A stretch of DNA of 11,589 nt, taken from positions 1 through 11,589 of the forward strand of contig DXJL01000142.1 of the NCBI GenBank assembly GCA_019057635.1, in the 5' to 3' direction. Shown here piece after piece: positions 6,495 to 11,589 of the stretch. Every line of letters begins with the position of its first letter. The first letter of the stretch is position 1. The position numbers and the translations under genes are program-made. Source of the stretch: Candidatus Heimdallarchaeota archaeon. GTDB lineage: Archaea > Asgardarchaeota > Heimdallarchaeia > Hodarchaeales > Hodarchaeaceae. The notes below the pieces were generated by a model. That model saw only the letters and a list, made by a program, of their open reading frames with translations. It made no database searches and was not told the DNA's origin.

Positions 6495-7943
6495 ATGAGA
6501 CAAGATTCTCTCGCCTCTGAGCTTATTTCTGTTTTAGACGCTATGGTCGATCCAGTTCACGTCATAGATCGAAATCTCAAATTTATTTTCTTCAATGATG
6601 CATTTAAAAAATGGAATGCTCACTTAGGGTATAAAACCCAAGTTATAGGTGAAAAATTAACTGATGTTTTCCCCTTCCTAGCAGCTCGACCATTAGCTGA
6701 GTATGAATACATTTTCAAGACAGGAAAAGCAATGGCTATTCCTGAAAGGATAAATTATAGTCGAGAAGGCGTTTATAATATCCAACGAATCCCAATACTC
6801 GATGAAATTTCTTGTGAAGTAACTCACATTGTTACAATCTTACGCGATATCACTCAAAATGTAACAATTCTGGAAGCTCTCAAAGAATCCGAAAGAAAAT
6901 ATCGTTCGCTGATACAAACGATGGGAGAGGGTGTATGGGTAACGGATAAACTGGATAGGACAATTTTGGTTAATGCAACACTGCTAAATATGTTGGGTTA
7001 TACAGAGGGAGAATTACTAGGGAGAACTGTTACAGAATTCATAAGTCCTGAATATTTAGATATTTTTAAGGAAGTCCGTGAACAACGGTTATCAGAAAAG
7101 GTTGCTGCTTCCACATATGAATTAGTGTTTATAACGAAGAATGGCTTAACGGTTCATACTCGTGTGGCTGGTACAGCTTTATACAATGCAGAGAATAATG
7201 AATTGATCGGTTCAGTTGGAGTCATATCTGATATTTCTGCGGAGAAAAGATTTCAGCAACTTCAAGAACGTTTCATAGGAGTTACGGCTCACGAATTAAG
7301 AACACCTTTAGCAATTATTTCTGGTTACTTAGAACTTCTTCAAAAAGACCCCTCAAATACACAGGAGCATCAAGAAATATACGATGCTATGTTTAATAAT
7401 GCAAGTCGATTGCAACAGCTAATACAGTCAGTACACGATCTTACAGCAATAAAAGCAAATGTTTTCACCGTCAACCCGACTAAAACGAATCTGAATGAAT
7501 TTGTAAACCGATTTAAAATGCAAATTAAAATGCTTTACCCAGATCGTTTACTAATCATTGACGAACAGAATATTAACAATCAAATTGAGATTCTGATTGA
7601 CACCGATAGGATTACCCAAGTTCTTGAAAATCTTGTAGATAATGCTGCTAAAAATTCCCCAAGTAACAGCCTAATTTCGATCGTTGTAAGTCATTTAGAG
7701 AATTCCCTTCATGTCATGGTACAAGATGAAGGAACGGGAATCTCTAATCAAGTTTTATTTCAATTGTTCCAACCTTTTTCCCATATTCCAACTGAATATT
7801 CCCGAAGAGGAACAGGGCTTGGACTTTACATAGTTAAATCAATAATATCTGCTCATAATGGTACTATGAGTGTCATAACCCAAGAAAATAAGGGTAGCTG
7901 TTTTACTTTTACCATTCCGAGCAAAAATGAAAACAATGCCTAA
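6495..7943 (+). CDS. Soluble PAS-PAS sensor histidine kinase (HisKA + HATPase_c)
   Basis: Two PAS/PAC units ending RDIT and SDIS, H-box AHELRTPL, N-box ENLVDNAAK, G1 DEGTGI, F-box LFQPF, G2 GTGLGL. No transmembrane helix. Confidence 0.95.
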   Translation: MRQDSLASELISVLDAMVDPVHVIDRNLKFIFFNDAFKKWNAHLGYKTQVIGEKLTDVFPFLAARPLAEYEYIFKTGKAMAIPERINYSREGVYNIQRIPILDEISCEVTHIVTILRDITQNVTILEALKESERKYRSLIQTMGEGVWVTDKLDRTILVNATLLNMLGYTEGELLGRTVTEFISPEYLDIFKEVREQRLSEKVAASTYELVFITKNGLTVHTRVAGTALYNAENNELIGSVGVISDISAEKRFQQLQERFIGVTAHELRTPLAIISGYLELLQKDPSNTQEHQEIYDAMFNNASRLQQLIQSVHDLTAIKANVFTVNPTKTNLNEFVNRFKMQIKMLYPDRLLIIDEQNINNQIEILIDTDRITQVLENLVDNAAKNSPSNSLISIVVSHLENSLHVMVQDEGTGISNQVLFQLFQPFSHIPTEYSRRGTGLGLYIVKSIISAHNGTMSVITQENKGSCFTFTIPSKNENNA

Positions 7944-7952
7944 AAAAAGTAT

Positions 7953-8831
7953 TCATATTGCTTGAATCAGGAAATCCAAGACTTTTTTCCTGTATTCAGG
8001 AAGGTACTCATGGTTAAAATGTGTACCATCTTCAGGAACCCAAAGAGTGGAATTCGTAATGTGTGAATTTAATTCATAGGAATATTTGTAAGGAAATATT
8101 GCATCATGTTTCCCATGAATGATTAGAGTTGGGACATCAATCTTAGGAGCAATGTCAATTGGACTGTATTCACCTTTGCGAAATCTTCTGAACACTCTTA
8201 AGGTAGCAAATCTGACTCCTGGGATCAGAATTGGAGTAAACATTTTGAGTGCAGGTTTGTAAACATATTTCAAACTGAATGGGAAAGCATAAGGAGGAGA
8301 TTCAGCGATAATTGCTTTTACTTGAGGATTCTGCGCTCCTGCTAACAAGGCTGCACCTCCTCCTATTGAATGACCACATAATACTACAGGTTGGTTCCAC
8401 CACTTTATGCAGGCCTTCAAGTCTTGAGTGAATCGTATTATACTCATTCCAAGTAATTCTTTATCAGATCCTCCGTGATCACGGGCAGAAAAAAGGATAG
8501 TAGTATATCCCTGTTCCCCATAAATTTTTGCTCGTGCAACCATTCGTCCCCTATTACGTCCCCAACCGTGAAGAAGGACAATTGCAGGAAGTTTATTAGA
8601 TAATCCATTCTTAATAGCTAAATTTTTGTTTGGTCTGACCACCCAGCATTCTAGCAGTTTGTTATTTACAGTAGGAATTCGATGTTCCTCTATCGTACCC
8701 CAATCGGGAGAATCTGATATTGGATCTCTGGGAAATTTTGCTAATACAAGCATAATGATCAAACAACCACCTAGATAAATAACTAACCCAATACTAAATA
8801 TCACAAGCAATTGGAAGAGTAGTTCAAACAC
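7953..8831 (-). CDS. Membrane-anchored alpha/beta hydrolase
   Basis: Hydrophobic N-terminal helix, LLHGWG, SARDHGGS, GHSIGG nucleophile, IIHGKHD, GTH. GTG start with GGAGAG upstream. Confidence 0.9.
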   Translation of the reverse strand: MFELLFQLLVIFSIGLVIYLGGCLIIMLVLAKFPRDPISDSPDWGTIEEHRIPTVNNKLLECWVVRPNKNLAIKNGLSNKLPAIVLLHGWGRNRGRMVARAKIYGEQGYTTILFSARDHGGSDKELLGMSIIRFTQDLKACIKWWNQPVVLCGHSIGGGAALLAGAQNPQVKAIIAESPPYAFPFSLKYVYKPALKMFTPILIPGVRFATLRVFRRFRKGEYSPIDIAPKIDVPTLIIHGKHDAIFPYKYSYELNSHITNSTLWVPEDGTHFNHEYLPEYRKKVLDFLIQAI

Positions 8832-9013
8832 CTGTCAAGACTCTCCAAAGATAATTTGTTGGGAACAAAAATCTCTTCTAATTAACAATCTTTCAACAAT
8901 CCTTTATATTTCATTCTTGAAACTAAGTTATAAATTAATTAATAATGAATAATCGTATTTCTATAGAGTAACTGGTTGGAGTTTAATACAAATCAAATAG
9001 ATGAGGATTAAAC

Positions 9014-9592
9014 ATGAGTGACAAAACTGAATATGAATATTGCCGATTATGTGGTTATGTACGACGAGTGGGAAAAGGAGAAATATGTCCTGCATGTGGA
9101 GCACGAGAAAAAGCTTTTCTACCTTATGAACATAAAGCCTCAGAACAAAGACGCATGTTTCTCAAGCTCGATGTTCATCCAGTGTCTGTTCACTTTACTA
9201 TTAGTTATATAGCTGTTATCGCACTACTGTATATCATATCCATATTTTCCTCCGAACTGCTGGGAATATCTATTGACGGGACAAGGGATTTACAAATAAT
9301 CTTTTTCCCTCTTCTAGTTATTGGAGGAGGAATTACAGGAATCATTGATGGGAAAGTACGGTTTAGGAAACTAACTACTCCGTATCTGCAAAGAAAGATC
9401 ATATTAGGAAGTGTTCTCTTTGTTATATCTGTTCTAATCTTATTCATCCATAATCTTGAGGTTACAGACGGGATAACTGGTTTACTCGAAGGTCTTCTGA
9501 TCTTTTCTGCTTTTGGAATAGCAAGTTACCTTGGTTGGATTGGAGCAGAGATGATCTGTCCAATTGTTCCTGTTGGAAGACCGAAAGAGTAG
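9014..9592 (+). CDS. Rubredoxin-like Cys4 domain fused to a DUF2231-like 4-TM membrane domain
   Basis: YCRLCGYV...CPACGA...F, then HPVSVHF and four hydrophobic segments; GAGGA SD. Confidence 0.8.
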   Translation: MSDKTEYEYCRLCGYVRRVGKGEICPACGAREKAFLPYEHKASEQRRMFLKLDVHPVSVHFTISYIAVIALLYIISIFSSELLGISIDGTRDLQIIFFPLLVIGGGITGIIDGKVRFRKLTTPYLQRKIILGSVLFVISVLILFIHNLEVTDGITGLLEGLLIFSAFGIASYLGWIGAEMICPIVPVGRPKE

Positions 9593-9683
9593 TATAATTC
9601 AAAGGCTACCTCTGAAATTCGATGTCTCAACCTTAAGAACAGCCTATATTTCGTTTTATACAAACGAAAAGATGGAATTAATG

Positions 9684-9830
9684 ATGTCTACAAGAAATCG
9701 TCAATATAAACTAACCTGTTCATCCTGTGGAAAACAACAAGGCACCTGTTTTGCCTACTGTGTCGTTTGTGGAACAAAACTTGTTCCAAGGTCTCATGAT
9801 GTAAATCACTCACATCTATCAAAAGGGTAA
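9684..9830 (+). CDS. Small zinc-ribbon protein (~48 aa)
   Basis: CSSCG-x9-CVVCGTKL. Plausible ATGs at 9672, 9681 and 9684 rather than the overlapping start at 9564. Stop lies 1 nt from the convergent kinase stop. Confidence 0.6.
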   Translation: MSTRNRQYKLTCSSCGKQQGTCFAYCVVCGTKLVPRSHDVNHSHLSKG

Positions 9831-9831
9831 T

Positions 9832-11346
9832 TTATTCATCACAATTGGGAAGCTTAATAGTAAAAATACAACCAGTGTTTTCTTCACCGCTAACAACCTC
9901 AATGGTGCCTCCATGGGCTTGAATGATAACTTTGATGATATAAAGACCCAAACCAGTTCCACTCTGAGAATATTGGGTCGGCTTATGAGCGAAAGGTCGG
10001 AATAATTGAAGCATACCCTCATTAGAAATCCCTGTTCCTTGATCTTGAACGACTATAGACAATTCGTCAGATTTACTGAGAATTCGAATATTAATCGGTG
10101 AATCTTTAGGTGAATTTTTCACAGAATTTTGAGTTAAATTCTCAACAGTTTGTTTAATTCTTTCACTATCCATGTTAAAAGATAAATTTGAGTCTGAAGT
10201 AACATTAGTATCCCAGAATATATTTCGAGTTGGAAAAAGAATTGCTATTTGATCTTTTATTTCATTAATGAACTCAAATAAGTTTACATCTTTACGATCA
10301 ATGGTAAACAGATTCGTTCGGACGGCGGATAGATCATGTACATTTCTAACTAATCTCACCAGTCGATTTACATTACGAGACATTTTCTCAATAATGGCAA
10401 GGAGATCTTCTTGAGAAAGATCAGGACCAATTTGTAAAACATCAATGTAGCCACTTAGGACAGTTAATGGAGTTCGAAGTTCGTGGGCTGTAGTTGCAAT
10501 AAAACGTTCTTGCAACTCCTGAAGTGATTTTTCTTGTGTGATATCCGAGATAACACAAAAATTTCCAACTACTTGATTATCTGCATTTGTAAGTGAGGAT
10601 AGAATTAATCTTGTCTCTACATCCACACCCGATTTATTTAAAAAAGTAATTTCAGTGGGATTTGAAGTTGATTGAGTATCTAGTGATAGTAAAACTTTGT
10701 TAAATTTGTCGTGGGATGTTGCAACCATAAAATCAGTAATTATATTGCCAATGAGCTCACTTTCTGAAAATCTCAACATTTGACACAAAGCTTTGTTGAT
10801 GAAAATAGCTTTTTGAGATGAATCAAAGAGCCAAACTCCGTCTGCCATTTGAGCAATTAACTTTCTAAATTTATCTTCACTTTCACGAAGAGCTTTCATC
10901 ATGCTTTCGTATTTCTTTTCGATATACATAATTTTTTTAGAAATTTTTTCATCATTTGATTGATACTTGATGATTGTGGTCACTAAATTAGGATTTTTTG
11001 TCTTTATCGTTGGTATTTTATGAATAGTATAGACAGTGGGATCCTTATGGAAGGTATCAACTCTTTCAATTAGTGATTCTTGAGAATTAAAGACCTTTCT
11101 ATAATCGCCTATCCAAGCGTCGGTTATGAAAGGGATAGCCTCTGTAATATGTTGATCTTTACCTGGGGGTGGTAATTCCCAACTATTCATCAAACGTACG
11201 AGTGCTTCATTAAAAAACTGGATTTTCAAATTAGTATCTACTACAAAGAGTGGGTCTGAGATTAAACTAAATGCCTGAAAAAGTTGCCTAACTTGACTCA
11301 CATCACTTTGTCTGATGTCAGTATTTGTAGTTATGATTTTAGGCAT
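9832..11346 (-). CDS. Soluble PAS-PAS sensor histidine kinase, paralog of 6495-7943
   Basis: Two PAS units, LQERFIATTAHELRTPL, ENLTQNSVKNSP, DQGTGI, LFRPF, GTGLGLYI. Confidence 0.95.
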   Translation of the reverse strand: MPKIITTNTDIRQSDVSQVRQLFQAFSLISDPLFVVDTNLKIQFFNEALVRLMNSWELPPPGKDQHITEAIPFITDAWIGDYRKVFNSQESLIERVDTFHKDPTVYTIHKIPTIKTKNPNLVTTIIKYQSNDEKISKKIMYIEKKYESMMKALRESEDKFRKLIAQMADGVWLFDSSQKAIFINKALCQMLRFSESELIGNIITDFMVATSHDKFNKVLLSLDTQSTSNPTEITFLNKSGVDVETRLILSSLTNADNQVVGNFCVISDITQEKSLQELQERFIATTAHELRTPLTVLSGYIDVLQIGPDLSQEDLLAIIEKMSRNVNRLVRLVRNVHDLSAVRTNLFTIDRKDVNLFEFINEIKDQIAILFPTRNIFWDTNVTSDSNLSFNMDSERIKQTVENLTQNSVKNSPKDSPINIRILSKSDELSIVVQDQGTGISNEGMLQLFRPFAHKPTQYSQSGTGLGLYIIKVIIQAHGGTIEVVSGEENTGCIFTIKLPNCDE

Positions 11347-11468
11347 ATAATCCCAATCCTTTCTTCATTAAAGTGGAATTTATAATTTTTTATTGCATAT
11401 TAGTAATTTGGAATTAAAAAGATGACATTTGTATGCAATCTTTTAAAAGAAATTTCAGAGGTTTTAAA

Positions 11469-11588
11469 TTATTTTTGTATTTTTACCATAGCCTTCTTAG
11501 TAGCTTGAAGAGGTTCATCCACCATATATTCTTGAGATGCTTTCCATTTTCCACTTGTGAAATCAAAATTTTCTGGATAAAAACAATA
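11469..11588 (-). CDS. 3' end of an unidentified gene entering from the window edge
   Basis: Open frame YCFYPENFDFTSGKWKASQEYMVDEPLQATKKAMVKIQK* running from the window edge. Confidence 0.55.
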   Translation of the reverse strand, partial: YCFYPENFDFTSGKWKASQEYMVDEPLQATKKAMVKIQK

Positions 11589-11589
11589 A

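Noticed and set aside
2317-9592. Genome-wide TAG reassignment
   Set aside because: Pirin and the rubredoxin-like gene end at TAG at natural-looking C-termini with no meaningful extension.
9018-10022. ORFs 9018-9212, 9205-9447 and 9819-10022
   Set aside because: Alternative-frame or antisense overlaps of the rubredoxin-like gene and the kinase.

Overview
AT-rich archaeal window, most likely from an Asgard archaeon (Heimdallarchaeia/Hodarchaeales-like). That placement is an inference from the tailed archaeal histone, PAS kinases and small Zn-ribbon genes. Gene order: PlsC-type acyltransferase (+), convergent ABHD18/DUF2048-like alpha/beta hydrolase (-), pirin (-), HMf-type histone with a lysine-rich N-terminal tail (-), divergent GNAT acetyltransferase (+), an unannotated start-less Zn-ribbon frame, a small Zn-ribbon gene, a decayed kinase/receiver remnant (-), then two convergent paralogous PAS-PAS histidine kinases enclosing a membrane hydrolase, a rubredoxin-like/DUF2231 membrane protein and a small zinc-ribbon gene. 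The best candidate for a new system is the tailed histone head-to-head with a GNAT. The shared intergenic region carries a 30-bp-period repeat, and a 3' stem-loop follows the histone. A second candidate is an acyltransferase/deacylase lipid-remodelling pair. All functional links are hypotheses; no searches were run.
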